From an uncultured Acidobacteriaceae bacterium (lineage in GTDB: Bacteria; Acidobacteriota; Terriglobia; Terriglobales; Acidobacteriaceae), in NCBI GenBank assembly GCA_963701685.1, contig OY969625.1:2170879-2234878 (forward strand): 64,000 nt of DNA, read 5' to 3'. Of this stretch, positions 9,164 to 19,324 are shown piece by piece; the first letter of the stretch is position 1; each line of letters starts with the position of its first letter. The notes below the pieces were generated by a model. The model saw only the letters and a program-made list of their open reading frames with translations, had not been told where the DNA came from and did not search any database. The position numbers and the translations under genes were made by a program.

Positions 9164-10756
9164 TCAGGACCAATAGCTGCGGTCGAGGGTGCGGTACTGG
9201 ATGGCTTCGGCGATGTGGGGGACGGTAATGGAGGGGGCGGCTTCGAGGTCGGCGATGGTGCGAGCGACTTTGAGGATGCGGTCGTGGGCGCGGGCGCTGA
9301 GGCCTTGCTGCTGCATGGCGCGCTCGAGGAGGCGCTCGGCGTCGGTGGAGAGCTCGCAGAAGGAGCGGATTTGTTGGGTGGACATTTGGGCGTTGGCGAA
9401 GATGGCGCGGCTGGGGGCGCGCGGGGAGCCTTTGGTACGGATGGGGTGCTCAAGGAAGCGGGCGTGCTGGATTTCCCGGGCGACGAGGACGCGGGCGCGG
9501 ATCTCGGCGGAGCCTTCGGCGGCGGCGTTGCTGCGGAGTTCTTTGTACTGGACGGCGGGGACTTCGATGTGGATGTCGATGCGGTCGAGGAGAGGGCCGC
9601 TTACTTTCGAGACGTAGCGCTGGATCATGGGCGGAGTGCACATGCACTCGCGGGACTTGTCGTTGAAGTAGCCGCAGGGGCAGGGGTTCATGGCTGCTGC
9701 AAGCATGAAACGGGCGGGGAAGGAGAGCGACATAGCGGCGCGGGAGATGGTGACGGTGCCGTCCTCGAGTGGTTGGCGGAGGACTTCGAGGACGTTGCGG
9801 GGAAACTCAGGGAGCTCGTCGAGGAAGAGGAGGCCGTTGTGGGCGAGGGAGACTTCGCCGGGGCGCGGGATCATGCCACCGCCGATGAGGCCGGCGTCGG
9901 ATACGGTGTGGTGAGGGGAGCGGAAGGGGCGGTGGGTGACGAGGCCTTCGTCGCGGTTGAGGATGCCGGCGACGGAGTGGATCTTGGTGGTCTCGAGGGC
10001 TTCTTCAAAACGAAGGGGCGTGAGGATGGAGGGGAGGCGCTTGGCCAGCATGGTTTTGCCGGAGCCGGGCGGGCCGATCATGAGGATGTTGTGGCCACCG
10101 GCGGCGGCGACTTCTAACGCGCGCTTGGCTACGTGTTGGCCGCGGACGTCGCGGAAGTCGGCCTGGTATTCGACGGCTTCGTTGAGGAGGACGGTCGTGT
10201 CGACGACCAGGGGCTGGGCGAAGATGTTGCCTTGAGACGCGGAGTTTAAGAGCTCGCGGACTTCGAGCAGCGAGGTTACGGGATAGACGTTGACTCCGGA
10301 GACGACGGCGGCTTCGCGCGCGTTGGCGGCGGGGATGACGAGGTTCTTGATGCCGGCGGAGCGGGCGGCGATGGCGATGGGGAGCATGCCCTGGACGGCG
10401 CGCAGGGAGCCGTCCAGGCCCAGCTCGCCCACCAGGACGAAGTCAGAGATGTCTTTGATGGAGAGGGCGCCGTAGGCTCCAAGGATGCCGATGGCGATGG
10501 GGAGATCGAAACCGGAACCTTCTTTCTTGAGGTCGGCGGGGGCGAGGTTGATGGTGATGCGGGTGGGGGGAAGGTCGAAGCCGGAATTCTTGATGGCGGA
10601 GCGGACGCGGTCGCGCGATTCGCGGACGGCGGCGTCGGGGAGGCCGACGGTGGCGAAGCTTTCCTGGTCGAGCTTGATGCCGGAGAAGTCGACTTCTACA
10701 TCGATGAGGTGTGCGTCGATGCCGTAGACGGCGGCGCTGCGGGTCTTGAAGAGCAT
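9164..10756 (-). CDS. comM: YifB/ComM family Mg-chelatase-like ATPase
   Basis: Start at [23 protein letters not shown] (ATG at 10756); Walker [11 protein letters not shown], Walker [11 protein letters not shown]; C-terminal [18 protein letters not shown]. Confidence 0.9.
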   Translation of the reverse strand: MLFKTRSAAVYGIDAHLIDVEVDFSGIKLDQESFATVGLPDAAVRESRDRVRSAIKNSGFDLPPTRITINLAPADLKKEGSGFDLPIAIGILGAYGALSIKDISDFVLVGELGLDGSLRAVQGMLPIAIAARSAGIKNLVIPAANAREAAVVSGVNVYPVTSLLEVRELLNSASQGNIFAQPLVVDTTVLLNEAVEYQADFRDVRGQHVAKRALEVAAAGGHNILMIGPPGSGKTMLAKRLPSILTPLRFEEALETTKIHSVAGILNRDEGLVTHRPFRSPHHTVSDAGLIGGGMIPRPGEVSLAHNGLLFLDELPEFPRNVLEVLRQPLEDGTVTISRAAMSLSFPARFMLAAAMNPCPCGYFNDKSRECMCTPPMIQRYVSKVSGPLLDRIDIHIEVPAVQYKELRSNAAAEGSAEIRARVLVAREIQHARFLEHPIRTKGSPRAPSRAIFANAQMSTQQIRSFCELSTDAERLLERAMQQQGLSARAHDRILKVARTIADLEAAPSITVPHIAEAIQYRTLDRSYWS

Positions 10757-10807
10757 GCCTGATGAATCCTTGAGGCGGAACGCGGTCAGTGTAGCACCGG
10801 TCTTAGA

Positions 10808-11209
10808 ATGATTGCGGTGATGGAGGACGCTGTGACCCGTGGCGCAGATGTGTCGGTGTTTCGGCGGCTGGCGCTGGCGATGCCGGGTGCGGTCCAAGGG
10901 TCGCACATGGGTGCGGTGGACTTCCGAGTGAACGGAAGGATTTTTGCGACGCTGGCGTACGGGGCGAAGGGGTTGGGGACTCTCAAGCTGACGCCGGAGC
11001 AGCAGGCGATGTTTTTGGTGGAGGCTCCGGAGTATTTCTCTGCTGCGCCGGGTGGGTGGGGACGGATGGGGATGACGCTGGTGCGCGTGGATGCGCCGGA
11101 GAGTGTGCTGGCAGGGGCGCTATCGACGGCGTTTCATCGCGTGGTGGCGAAGCAGGGTTCTAAGAAGACCGTGGGGGAAAAGGTGGTGGCGGCGAAGAAG
11201 AAGTCGTGA
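10808..11209 (+). CDS. MmcQ/YjbR family DNA-binding protein
   Basis: [27 protein letters not shown]...LKLTPEQQ pattern typical of the YjbR fold; alternative ATG at 10820. Confidence 0.65.
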   Translation: MIAVMEDAVTRGADVSVFRRLALAMPGAVQGSHMGAVDFRVNGRIFATLAYGAKGLGTLKLTPEQQAMFLVEAPEYFSAAPGGWGRMGMTLVRVDAPESVLAGALSTAFHRVVAKQGSKKTVGEKVVAAKKKS

Positions 11210-11228
11210 CGACTACAATCGAGTGGCT

Positions 11229-12731
11229 ATGCATACGAGTTTGTTTGAGCTGTTCAAGATTGGGATTGGGCCATCGAGTTCGCATACGGTGGGGCCGATG
11301 CGGGCGTCGCTGCGGTTTGTGCGGGAGCTGTCGGCGCGTGGAGAGATGTCACGGGTGAAGCACATCACGGTGGACTTATATGGTTCGCTGGCGCTGACGG
11401 GGATTGGGCACGGGACGGACCGCGCGGTGATGATGGGGCTGCTTGAGGAGTCACCTGACACGGTGGATCTGGATGCGATTGGTGGGCGCATTGAGACGCT
11501 GCGCGAGACGGGTGAGCTGAAGTTGCTGCGGGAGTATGCGGTGCGGTTCGACCCGGCAGTGGATCTGAGGTTTCATCGAGAGCAGATGTATCCGGATGCG
11601 GGGGTGGTGACGCATCCGAATGGGATGCGGTTTACGGCGCTGGATGGGGGCGGGAAGGTTTTGTCTGAGCAGGTGTACTACTCGGTGGGTGGTGGATTTA
11701 TTTTGTCGGCGGAGGAGTTGGCGTCGGCTGATGGTGGGGCGAAGAAGTGCGATGTTCCGTACGCGTTTTCGAGTGCGGATGAGTTGTTGCGCGTGGGAGA
11801 GGCGCACGGGCTTTCGATTGCCGAGATGGTGCTGGCGAATGAGGTTGCGTTGCTGGCGGACCCGACGATTGTGCGGAGGATCGATCGGATCGTATCGCCG
11901 TTGCGACCGGGGAATAAGACTACGCAGATAGAGGCTTCGCTGACGGGCGAGGCACGAGTGAAGGCGGCAATCTTTACGCTGTGGCAGGCGATGGCGGATT
12001 GCATTGAGCGCGGGATTGCTACGGAGGGAACGCTGCCGGGTGGGTTGAATGTGCGGCGAAGGGCTCCGGGATTGGCGCGGCGGTTGGCGAAGATGGAGGC
12101 GGATGGGAAGACGCGCGATCCGTTGGCTCCGCTGGATAGCGTAACGCTCGTGGCGATGGCAGTGAATGAGGAGAATGCCGCGGGGGGGCGCGTCGTGACG
12201 GCTCCTACGAACGGCGCGGCGGGTGTGATTCCGGCGATTGCGTATTACTACGTGCATCATGCGGCGAAGGATGTGAGCGACGAGGAGAGAGAGGCGGGCT
12301 TGCTGCGGTATTTTCTGACGGCGGCGGCGATTGGAATTTTGTACAAGGAGAACGCTTCGATTTCAGGAGCCGAGGTTGGGTGCCAGGGTGAGGTGGGGGT
12401 GGCGTGCTCGATGGCGGCGGGTGGCTTGGTGGCAGCGCTCGGTGGTGATAACGCAGCGGTGGAAGGTGCGGCGGAGATTGCGATGGAGCATAACCTCGGC
12501 ATGACGTGCGATCCAATTGGCGGGCTGGTACAGATTCCGTGCATCGAGAGAAATGGGATGGGCGCGGTGAAGGCGGTGAACGCGGCGCGGCTGGCGATGA
12601 ATGACCAGGGCGCGCACAAGGTGTCGCTGGACCAGGTGATTGAGACAATGTACCGGACGGGGATGGATATGCAGTCGCGGTATAAGGAGACGAGTTTGGC
12701 GGGGTTGGCGCTGAATATTATTGAGTGCTGA
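11229..12731 (+). CDS. sdaA: L-serine ammonia-lyase (iron-sulfur dependent, single chain)
   Basis: Start at MHTSLFELFKIGIGPSSSHTVGPM (ATG at 11229); C-terminal CDPIGGLVQIPCIERN and KETSLAGLA. Confidence 0.9.
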   Translation: MHTSLFELFKIGIGPSSSHTVGPMRASLRFVRELSARGEMSRVKHITVDLYGSLALTGIGHGTDRAVMMGLLEESPDTVDLDAIGGRIETLRETGELKLLREYAVRFDPAVDLRFHREQMYPDAGVVTHPNGMRFTALDGGGKVLSEQVYYSVGGGFILSAEELASADGGAKKCDVPYAFSSADELLRVGEAHGLSIAEMVLANEVALLADPTIVRRIDRIVSPLRPGNKTTQIEASLTGEARVKAAIFTLWQAMADCIERGIATEGTLPGGLNVRRRAPGLARRLAKMEADGKTRDPLAPLDSVTLVAMAVNEENAAGGRVVTAPTNGAAGVIPAIAYYYVHHAAKDVSDEEREAGLLRYFLTAAAIGILYKENASISGAEVGCQGEVGVACSMAAGGLVAALGGDNAAVEGAAEIAMEHNLGMTCDPIGGLVQIPCIERNGMGAVKAVNAARLAMNDQGAHKVSLDQVIETMYRTGMDMQSRYKETSLAGLALNIIEC

Positions 12732-13494
12732 GGCGGCCGGCGTCGATCCAGCACTTCGTGGGGGCGGTGAGGATGCCGTTGGAGGCGTAGGTGTTGAAGT
12801 AGTCGCGCAGGAGATGGCGGAAGGGTTGGGCGCGTGGGTCGGGGGACTGGGGAACGACCGAGAGGGAGTTGGTCTGGCCCAGAAACGTTTCCCAGTTAGG
12901 CTGCTGCTCCCCTTCTATCTCGGCGTGGTGGTGATCGGCGGCGAAGAGTTCGTGCAGATTTTCGTGGATGCGGTAGCCGGCGCGAATGTACTTATGGTCG
13001 GTGCCGTGGTGGAGGAGCAGGTCTTCGAAGTCACGGGACTGAGCGGTGTCTTCCTTGTCGCGGCCGAGGGAGACGATGACGAGCCAGCCGTTGGGCTTGA
13101 GGATACGGCGGAAGTCGGTGAGGGCGCGCGGTATGTCGAACCAGTGAATGGCACGGCCGGCGGCGACGATGTCGACGGAAGCGTCGGGGAGGTCGGTGGC
13201 TTCGGCCGTTGCGTTACGGACTTCGAGCTTAGGCCAGGTGCGGCGAAGTTGCTCGCAGGCTGCACGCATCTCATCGTTGGGTTCGATGGCGATGACGGGG
13301 TTGTTATTCGAGAGGAAGACTTCGGAAAGCATGCCGGTGCCGGCGCCGATGTCCGCGATGAGCCAGTTGGGTTGGAGGCCGCACCAGGATTGAAGTTGCT
13401 GAAGGATTGTGTTGGATGGATAACGTTGGCGAAAACGATCGTAGATTGCGGCGCGGCCCGTGAAGCGTTCGGTGTTGCCCATGGAAATGATCAT
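12718..13494 (-). CDS. class I SAM-dependent methyltransferase
   Basis: IADIGAGTGMLS motif I and ILKPNGWLVIV; ATG at 13494 (alternative at 13482); 3' end overlaps the sdaA stop by 14 nt. Confidence 0.8.
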   Translation of the reverse strand: MIISMGNTERFTGRAAIYDRFRQRYPSNTILQQLQSWCGLQPNWLIADIGAGTGMLSEVFLSNNNPVIAIEPNDEMRAACEQLRRTWPKLEVRNATAEATDLPDASVDIVAAGRAIHWFDIPRALTDFRRILKPNGWLVIVSLGRDKEDTAQSRDFEDLLLHHGTDHKYIRAGYRIHENLHELFAADHHHAEIEGEQQPNWETFLGQTNSLSVVPQSPDPRAQPFRHLLRDYFNTYASNGILTAPTKCWIDAGRLSTQ

Positions 13495-13503
13495 AGATAA
13501 GAC

Positions 13504-14832
13504 ATGGCTGTGAGTGTGCTTGATAGACTGGAGCGCATGGCTTCGTTGCAATCGCAGGGCCCTGGTACGCGTTCGCATGACCGGCGGCTGCTGATCTTTG
13601 TACTGGCGAGTTTGTTCACGGCGAATGTAGTGCAATGGGCGGTCTGCCACGCGCTGCATCTAGGAAACCCCGGGAGCATCGTTCCTGACTTGCGACAGTT
13701 TTTTCATGTTCGCCAGTGGACGGATTCGTGGCTGCCGATGATGAAGTCGCTGGATTATTTCAAGGTGCACCCGACGTTGCCTATCTATGACGCGAAGCTG
13801 TATGACACGCTGATTTATTCGCTGGCGAGCGAGCTGCCGCTGGTGGTGATGCGCAAGCTGGGGATGAGCGATCACATGATGCTGCGGGCGCTGGCGGTGC
13901 TGTCGTTTCTTGCGGTGTGGGGCGTCGCGGCGGTTTCGCTGGTGATGGGACGGTGGTTGCTGCGGCGGCGCGGAGCGGAGATGACGTGGATGTCGGCAAT
14001 CGCTGTTTTGTTGGCGACGCTGGGATGCTATCCGCTGATCAAGGGATATTCGCTGGGCAATGCGCAGACGTTTTTGTCGTTCGGATTTACGGCGCTATTG
14101 CTGCTGTGGACGAAGGGGCAGGAACGATGGGCAGGCGTGGTGGCGGCCATGTTGACGGCGGTGAAGCCGCAGTTCGTTCTGCTGCTGGTGTGGATGCTGG
14201 TGCGCAAGAAGTGGGGAGCGGCGTGGGCGTTTCTGGCCTGCGGCGCGGTGTTGCTGGCGATGTCGATTGCCGTGTTTGGGTGGCATAACAATCTGGATTA
14301 CATTGGCGTGCTGGCGGGGTTGAGTCATAAGGCGCAATCGCACTATGCGAACCAGTCTATGTTCGGCACGATCAATCGGATGATCTTCAACGGCGAAAAT
14401 ATTGAGTACACACCGTATGTGTACACGCCCTATATTGCGTGGGTATATCGCGTGACGGTGGTGACGTCGCTGGTGCTGGTGGGGTTGGTGCTGCTGTATC
14501 CATGGAGGAAGCTGCGCGGGTCGACGGCGGACATTGCGGCGATGGGGATTGCGTCGGTCGCGGCGTCGCCGATGGCTTGGGAGCATCACTACGGGATTGT
14601 GGTGGGGATTGCGGCGTGGGCCTGGTTTGCTCACGCGTGCTGGACGGAGAAGCGGCCGTGGGTTCTGGGGGTGGCCGTGTTTCTGTGTATGAACTTCCTG
14701 GCGTCGTTCAACTATCTGGCCGACGTGCGGGGGTGGAATGTATTGCAATCGTATCTTTATATTGGTGCGCTGACGTTGATGGGTTGGCTGATGTCGCTGG
14801 CTCGATCGAGTGATCAGACGACGCTGGGATGA
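13504..14832 (+). CDS. polytopic membrane protein, DUF2029/GT87-like glycosyltransferase
   Basis: 442 aa with about 10 or more hydrophobic helices; general resemblance to GT87 mannosyltransferase-type proteins; the family assignment is tentative. Confidence 0.55.
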   Translation: MAVSVLDRLERMASLQSQGPGTRSHDRRLLIFVLASLFTANVVQWAVCHALHLGNPGSIVPDLRQFFHVRQWTDSWLPMMKSLDYFKVHPTLPIYDAKLYDTLIYSLASELPLVVMRKLGMSDHMMLRALAVLSFLAVWGVAAVSLVMGRWLLRRRGAEMTWMSAIAVLLATLGCYPLIKGYSLGNAQTFLSFGFTALLLLWTKGQERWAGVVAAMLTAVKPQFVLLLVWMLVRKKWGAAWAFLACGAVLLAMSIAVFGWHNNLDYIGVLAGLSHKAQSHYANQSMFGTINRMIFNGENIEYTPYVYTPYIAWVYRVTVVTSLVLVGLVLLYPWRKLRGSTADIAAMGIASVAASPMAWEHHYGIVVGIAAWAWFAHACWTEKRPWVLGVAVFLCMNFLASFNYLADVRGWNVLQSYLYIGALTLMGWLMSLARSSDQTTLG

Positions 14833-14844
14833 GTGCGGACGGGG

Positions 14845-16023
14845 TTAGCGTTCGAGGGCTAGCGCTACGGAGTTGCCGCCGCCGAGGCAGAGTGCCGCGA
14901 TGCCTTTGTGAGCGTCGCGACGTTGCATCTCGTAGAGCAGGGTGACGAGGATGCGTGCGCCGCTGGCTCCGATAGGATGGCCGATGGCTACCGCACCGCC
15001 GTTTACGTTAACGCGATCGAGGGAGATGCCGAGCTCTTTGGTGACGCCGAGGGCCTGGACGCTGAAGGCTTCGTTGAGTTCGAAGAGGTCGACGTCATTG
15101 AGGGACCAGTTGGCGCAGGCGAGGACTTTCTGAACGCCGCTTACGGGAGCGAGCATGACCCAGCGTGGAGCGACGCCACTGGTGGCCTGGGCGCGGATGG
15201 TGGCGAATGGTTTGAGGTTGAGATGGCGGGCGCGTTCGGCGGACATGAGGACAACGGCTGCGGCTGCGTCGTTTACACCAGGCGCGTTGCCGGCGGTGAC
15301 GGTGCCGTCCTTTTTGAAGGCGGGTTTGAGGGCGGCGAGAGCTTCGAGTGACGCGTCGGCGCGAACGCTTTCGTCGTGGGTGAAGATTGTCGGCGCGCCC
15401 TTTTTGTTGGCGAAGGTGAGGGGAATGATTTCGGCGTCGAAGCGACCGGCCTGTTGTGCGGCGGCGGCTTTGCGGTGAGACTCGAGCGCGTAGGCATCCT
15501 GCTGTTCGCGGGTGAATGAATGCTTGTCTGCGACGAGTTCGCCGGTCATGCCCATGTGCTGGTCGTCGCAGGCGCACCAGAGGCCGTCGTTAACCATGGA
15601 GTCGATGGCTTGAGCGTTGCCCATACGAAAACCCTTGCGTGCGTTGGGAAGAAGGTAGGGCGCGTTGGACATGGACTCCATACCCCCGGCGACGGCGATC
15701 TCGGAGTCGCCGACGGCGATGGCCTGGGCTGCGAGGCCGACGGCCTTGAGACCGGAGCCGCAGACCATGTTGATGGTGAGGGCGGAGACGGTGTCGGCGA
15801 GACCACCGCGCAGTGCGGCCTGGCGTGCGGGATTCTGACCGAGGCCGGCCGGGAGGACGCAGCCCATGATGCACTCGGTGACTTCGGCGGGATCGATGGT
15901 GGAGCGCTCCACAACGGCACGCACTGCGATGGATCCCAGGTCGATGGCGGAGAGATGGGAGAGTGCGCCGAGGAACTTGCCGACCGGGGTTCGGGCTGCA
16001 CTGACGATGACTACTTCACGCAT
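14845..16023 (-). CDS. acetyl-CoA C-acetyltransferase (thiolase II)
   Basis: Start at [17 protein letters not shown] (ATG at 16023); active-site [11 protein letters not shown]; C-terminal [21 protein letters not shown] and ALCLGGG. Confidence 0.9.
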   Translation of the reverse strand: MREVVIVSAARTPVGKFLGALSHLSAIDLGSIAVRAVVERSTIDPAEVTECIMGCVLPAGLGQNPARQAALRGGLADTVSALTINMVCGSGLKAVGLAAQAIAVGDSEIAVAGGMESMSNAPYLLPNARKGFRMGNAQAIDSMVNDGLWCACDDQHMGMTGELVADKHSFTREQQDAYALESHRKAAAAQQAGRFDAEIIPLTFANKKGAPTIFTHDESVRADASLEALAALKPAFKKDGTVTAGNAPGVNDAAAAVVLMSAERARHLNLKPFATIRAQATSGVAPRWVMLAPVSGVQKVLACANWSLNDVDLFELNEAFSVQALGVTKELGISLDRVNVNGGAVAIGHPIGASGARILVTLLYEMQRRDAHKGIAALCLGGGNSVALALER

Positions 16024-16394
16024 GAGGTCTCCGGTATTTCCGATGATGGATATGATTCGCGGCGATGGAAAGAGTCGTCGCGGCAACATTGAAGTATACG
16101 ATGCAGGGCCTGTCGTATGCAGATGCGGGCTGCAGAGATCGGACGTGCAGAGTACTGCGTCGGAGGTGTGTGCTCACTCTCGTAATCGGTCGATACATGC
16201 GCGATAGACTGAAATTTTTCAGCGGAGCTATCGAGTGATGCGTCACGATCCGCGACGTTGGTGATGCGTCGCACAAGAGATGCACTCGCGTTTCCGTCTT
16301 TCGGGAGAGAGGGTTGTTGCAAAACTCGACGCGATGGTCGCCTAAGGGTGGGGAAGATGACCAAAAAATTCGATGCACGGATGTCGTTTTTTTC

Positions 16395-16423
16395 TTGACT
16401 CTTTGGCGAGAGAAAACTATACC
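16395..16423 (+). promoter_or_regulatory. sigma70-like promoter in the thiolase/rsmE divergent region
   Basis: TTGACT (16395-16400), 17-nt spacer, TATACC (16418-16423), T-tract upstream. Confidence 0.35.
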
Positions 16424-16619
16424 TTCGTTAGCTGCTTCATACAGATGAAACAGCGTCGATGTTCGACATCGATTGGGAGCGCAGGCAAACGCAACCAAGG
16501 CAAAGCATCAAAGCAATGGCAACACACTCAGGGGATGCGATCTTCGCATTCCCTGAGGTGTTTAATCGCCAGTGTTCATCGGTGTTTCGCGTGCATCACA
16601 GAAACAGTATGCTGATTGC

Positions 16620-17342
16620 ATGACGAGACGAAGATGGATTGCCGATACGTGGACAGAGACAACTGCAGCGTTGAAGGGTGAGCAGGCGGCGCACCTTGCG
16701 CGGGTGTTGCGGGCGCAGCCGGGGCAGGTATTTGACGTGGTGGCGAATGGATTTTTGCACCGGGCGGAAATTGTGTCGGTTAGCGAGCATGAGGTGATGT
16801 TCACGCTGCATGAGGAGTTGGAAGCAGAGAGTGCGCTTCCGGTTCATCTGCTGATGGCGGTGTTCAAGTTCGATCACATGGAGTGGGGGATTGAGAAGGC
16901 GACGGAGTTAGGAGTGGCTCGGATTACGCCGGTGATCGCGCGGAGGACGGAGAAGCATCTTGCGCAGGCTGCGGCGAAGCGCGTGGAGCGGTGGAGAAGG
17001 ATTGTGCGTGAAGCTGCACAGCAGTCGCGCAGGAGTGATATGCCGGATGTGGATGATCCGGTTGCATTGAAGACGGCGTTGGGGATGGTGAGTACGGAGA
17101 CGAAGCTGTTGCTGGCGGAGACAGAGCAGGAGAACTCGCTTAGGAGCGAGTTGGCTAGTCAGCGGGTTGGCGAGTCAGCGTCGGTGGCGTTGGCGATCGG
17201 GCCGGAGGGTGGATGGGCGGCGGAGGAGATGGCGCTGTTCAGTGAGGGTGGGTGGAGACATGTGACGCTGGGGCCGAGGATTCTGCGGGCGGAGACGGCG
17301 GCGATTGCGGGGCTGGCGGTTTGTGCGGCGCTGCTTAGTTAA
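16620..17342 (+). CDS. rsmE: 16S rRNA (uracil1498-N3)-methyltransferase
   Basis: Start at MTRRRW (ATG at 16620); KFDHMEWGIEKATELGV and LAIGPEGGWAAEE...LGPRILRAETAAI are RsmE signatures. Confidence 0.85.
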   Translation: MTRRRWIADTWTETTAALKGEQAAHLARVLRAQPGQVFDVVANGFLHRAEIVSVSEHEVMFTLHEELEAESALPVHLLMAVFKFDHMEWGIEKATELGVARITPVIARRTEKHLAQAAAKRVERWRRIVREAAQQSRRSDMPDVDDPVALKTALGMVSTETKLLLAETEQENSLRSELASQRVGESASVALAIGPEGGWAAEEMALFSEGGWRHVTLGPRILRAETAAIAGLAVCAALLS

Positions 17343-17394
17343 ATAAAGACAGCGACCGAAGCTCGGTCGCTGTCCTGCGAGGGGATGATGCGGA

Positions 17395-18525
17395 TTAGCT
17401 GAAGATCTCTTTGACCTTGTCGAAGATGCCGCGCGAGGCGGGCGTGTTTTCGACGGAGATGGTTTCGGAGAGTTGCTTGAGGAGATCCTTCTGCTGCTTG
17501 GTGAGCTTGGAGGGAGTCTGCACGCGGACTTCGACGATGAGGTCGCCCTTGCCGTGGGAGTTGAGGTGAGGGACGCCCTTGCCGCGGAGCTTTATTTCGC
17601 GACCACTCTGGGTGCCTTCGGGGACCTTGATCGTCTCGACGCCGTCGAGGGTTTCTAGTTCGAGTTCGGTGCCGAGCGCGGCTTGCGGGAAGCTGATGGG
17701 GATGACGCAGTGGAGGTCGTCGCCATCGCGCTCGAAGAACTTGTGAGCCTTCACGTCGAGGACTACGTAGAAGTCTCCGGCGGGGCCACCGAAGCGACCG
17801 GCTTCGCCTTCGCCTGAGTAGCGGATGCGCGTGTCAGTCTCGACGCCGGCTGGAACCTTGACGAGAATCTTGTGCTCGCGGGTGACGCGGGAGTCGCCTT
17901 TGCACGTGGCGCAGGGCGTGCGGATGACGGAGCCGGTGCCGCTGCAGACGGGGCAGGTGCGCGCTACGGAGAAGAAGCCCTGCTGTGAGCGGATCTGGCC
18001 GCGGCCTCCGCACTGCTGGCAGGTCTCGGGTTGCTTGCCGGCGGCGGAGCCGGTGCCGCGGCAGTCTTCGCAGGCCTCGGCGCGGCGGATGGTGATCTCG
18101 CGCTCGATGCCGAAGACGGCTTCTTCGAACTCGAGCTTCATGTCGTACTTGAGGTCGCGTCCGCGCTGTTGACGGGTGGCGCGACGATTGCCGCCGCCCA
18201 TGTTGAACATCTCGCCGAAGAGGTCGCCGAAGATGTCGTTGAGGTCGCCACCCTGGAAGGGGCTGCCGCCGCCGAAGCCACCTGCTCCGTTGACGCCGGC
18301 GTGGCCGTAGCGATCATAGGCCGCGCGCTTGTCGGGGTCGGAGAGAACCTGGTAGGCCTCGCTGCACTCCTTGAACTTCTCCTCGGCCTGGGGATTGTTC
18401 GGGTTGCGGTCGGGGTGATATTGCATGGCGAGTTTGCGATACGCGGTCTTGATTTCGCCATCGGAGGCGGTGCGTTCGACACTCAGGATCTCGTAGTAGT
18501 CGGTCTTCATCGTGGCTGTGGGCAT
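17395..18525 (-). CDS. dnaJ: molecular chaperone DnaJ
   Basis: J domain DYYEILSV...[15 protein letters not shown]-rich linker, four CxxCxGxG zinc motifs. Confidence 0.95.
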   Translation of the reverse strand: MPTATMKTDYYEILSVERTASDGEIKTAYRKLAMQYHPDRNPNNPQAEEKFKECSEAYQVLSDPDKRAAYDRYGHAGVNGAGGFGGGSPFQGGDLNDIFGDLFGEMFNMGGGNRRATRQQRGRDLKYDMKLEFEEAVFGIEREITIRRAEACEDCRGTGSAAGKQPETCQQCGGRGQIRSQQGFFSVARTCPVCSGTGSVIRTPCATCKGDSRVTREHKILVKVPAGVETDTRIRYSGEGEAGRFGGPAGDFYVVLDVKAHKFFERDGDDLHCVIPISFPQAALGTELELETLDGVETIKVPEGTQSGREIKLRGKGVPHLNSHGKGDLIVEVRVQTPSKLTKQQKDLLKQLSETISVENTPASRGIFDKVKEIFS

Positions 18526-18545
18526 TCCTAATTCCTAAAGTTTGC

Positions 18546-18637
18546 GGGCAGTGTCTGCCCTGGGTACGCCAGGGCTAAAGCCCCTGTTTGTTTTGTCCTC
18601 TGTTCAGTGGGCTAAAGCCCACTGCTAATCCGGTAGG
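18546..18637 (+). repeat. cluster of REP-like GC hairpins (GGGCTAAAGCCC type)
   Basis: gggcag-tgt-ctgccc, ccagggctaaagcccctg, and cagtgggc-taaa-gcccactg followed by ctaatcc. The last is nearly identical to 54563-54591. Confidence 0.8.
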
Positions 18638-18644
18638 GTTTTCG

Positions 18645-19217
18645 TTACTCGCTCTTTTGGGCGGAGTTGCTGGCGATGCGGACGAGAGCTGGACGAAGGA
18701 GTTTGTCACGAAGTTTGTAGCCGCGGCGGATCTCTTCGAGGACCTGATGGTCGGGATGCTCCAGGGTTTCGATGCTGCCGAGCGCCTCGTGGATTCGCGG
18801 GTCGAACTGCGAGCCTACGGACTCAACTGGTTGGACGTTGAGACCGCGGAGGGCGTCGTCCATCTGTTTGACGATGAGCTGGACGCCGGTGCGGAGCTGG
18901 TTGATGTCGCCGTCGGATTTGAGAGCGAGGGCAAAGTTGTCGAGGACGCCGAGGAAGGGTTCGACGGCGGACTGGATGGCGTAGTCGCGAACATCCTGGC
19001 GCTCCTTGGCTTCGCGCTTGCGGGTGTTATCGAACTCGGCCTGGAGGCGGGCGAGGCGATCCTGCGCCTGCGTTAGTTGGAGGGCGAGCTGATCGCGATC
19101 GTTGCGGAGCTGCTCGGCGTCGGAGTTGAACTCCTGTCCCTCGGTGCCGGCTTCGATGTCTGCGTGCGCGTTTTCAGTTTGGTTGAGGTCGTTCTGTTCG
19201 ATCTGTTCGGTGCTCAT
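18645..19217 (-). CDS. grpE: nucleotide exchange factor GrpE
   Basis: ATG at 19217 (MSTEQIEQ) with AAGGA 7 nt upstream; the C-terminal part (VESVGSQFDPRIHEALGSIE, RGYKLRDKLLRPALVRI) is typical GrpE. Confidence 0.9.
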   Translation of the reverse strand: MSTEQIEQNDLNQTENAHADIEAGTEGQEFNSDAEQLRNDRDQLALQLTQAQDRLARLQAEFDNTRKREAKERQDVRDYAIQSAVEPFLGVLDNFALALKSDGDINQLRTGVQLIVKQMDDALRGLNVQPVESVGSQFDPRIHEALGSIETLEHPDHQVLEEIRRGYKLRDKLLRPALVRIASNSAQKSE

Positions 19218-19324
19218 GGAATTGTCCTTTTTGCTTGGAGAGTTTCGTGGCCAGCGCGGGAAACGATCTTTTGTCTGGGTCATGGGTTGATCCTGTCTGG
19301 ACTGGTCTGGATGCTCTTCAGGTG

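Noticed and set aside
8978-10117. 379-aa + strand ORF
   Set aside because: Antisense to comM/yifB, which has unambiguous Walker motifs; the composition is that of a GC shadow frame.
16373-16615. 80-aa + strand ORF in the thiolase/rsmE intergenic region
   Set aside because: Cys/Arg/Ser-rich with no Shine-Dalgarno sequence, and it runs through two strong hairpins. The region was treated as non-coding (leader or sRNA).
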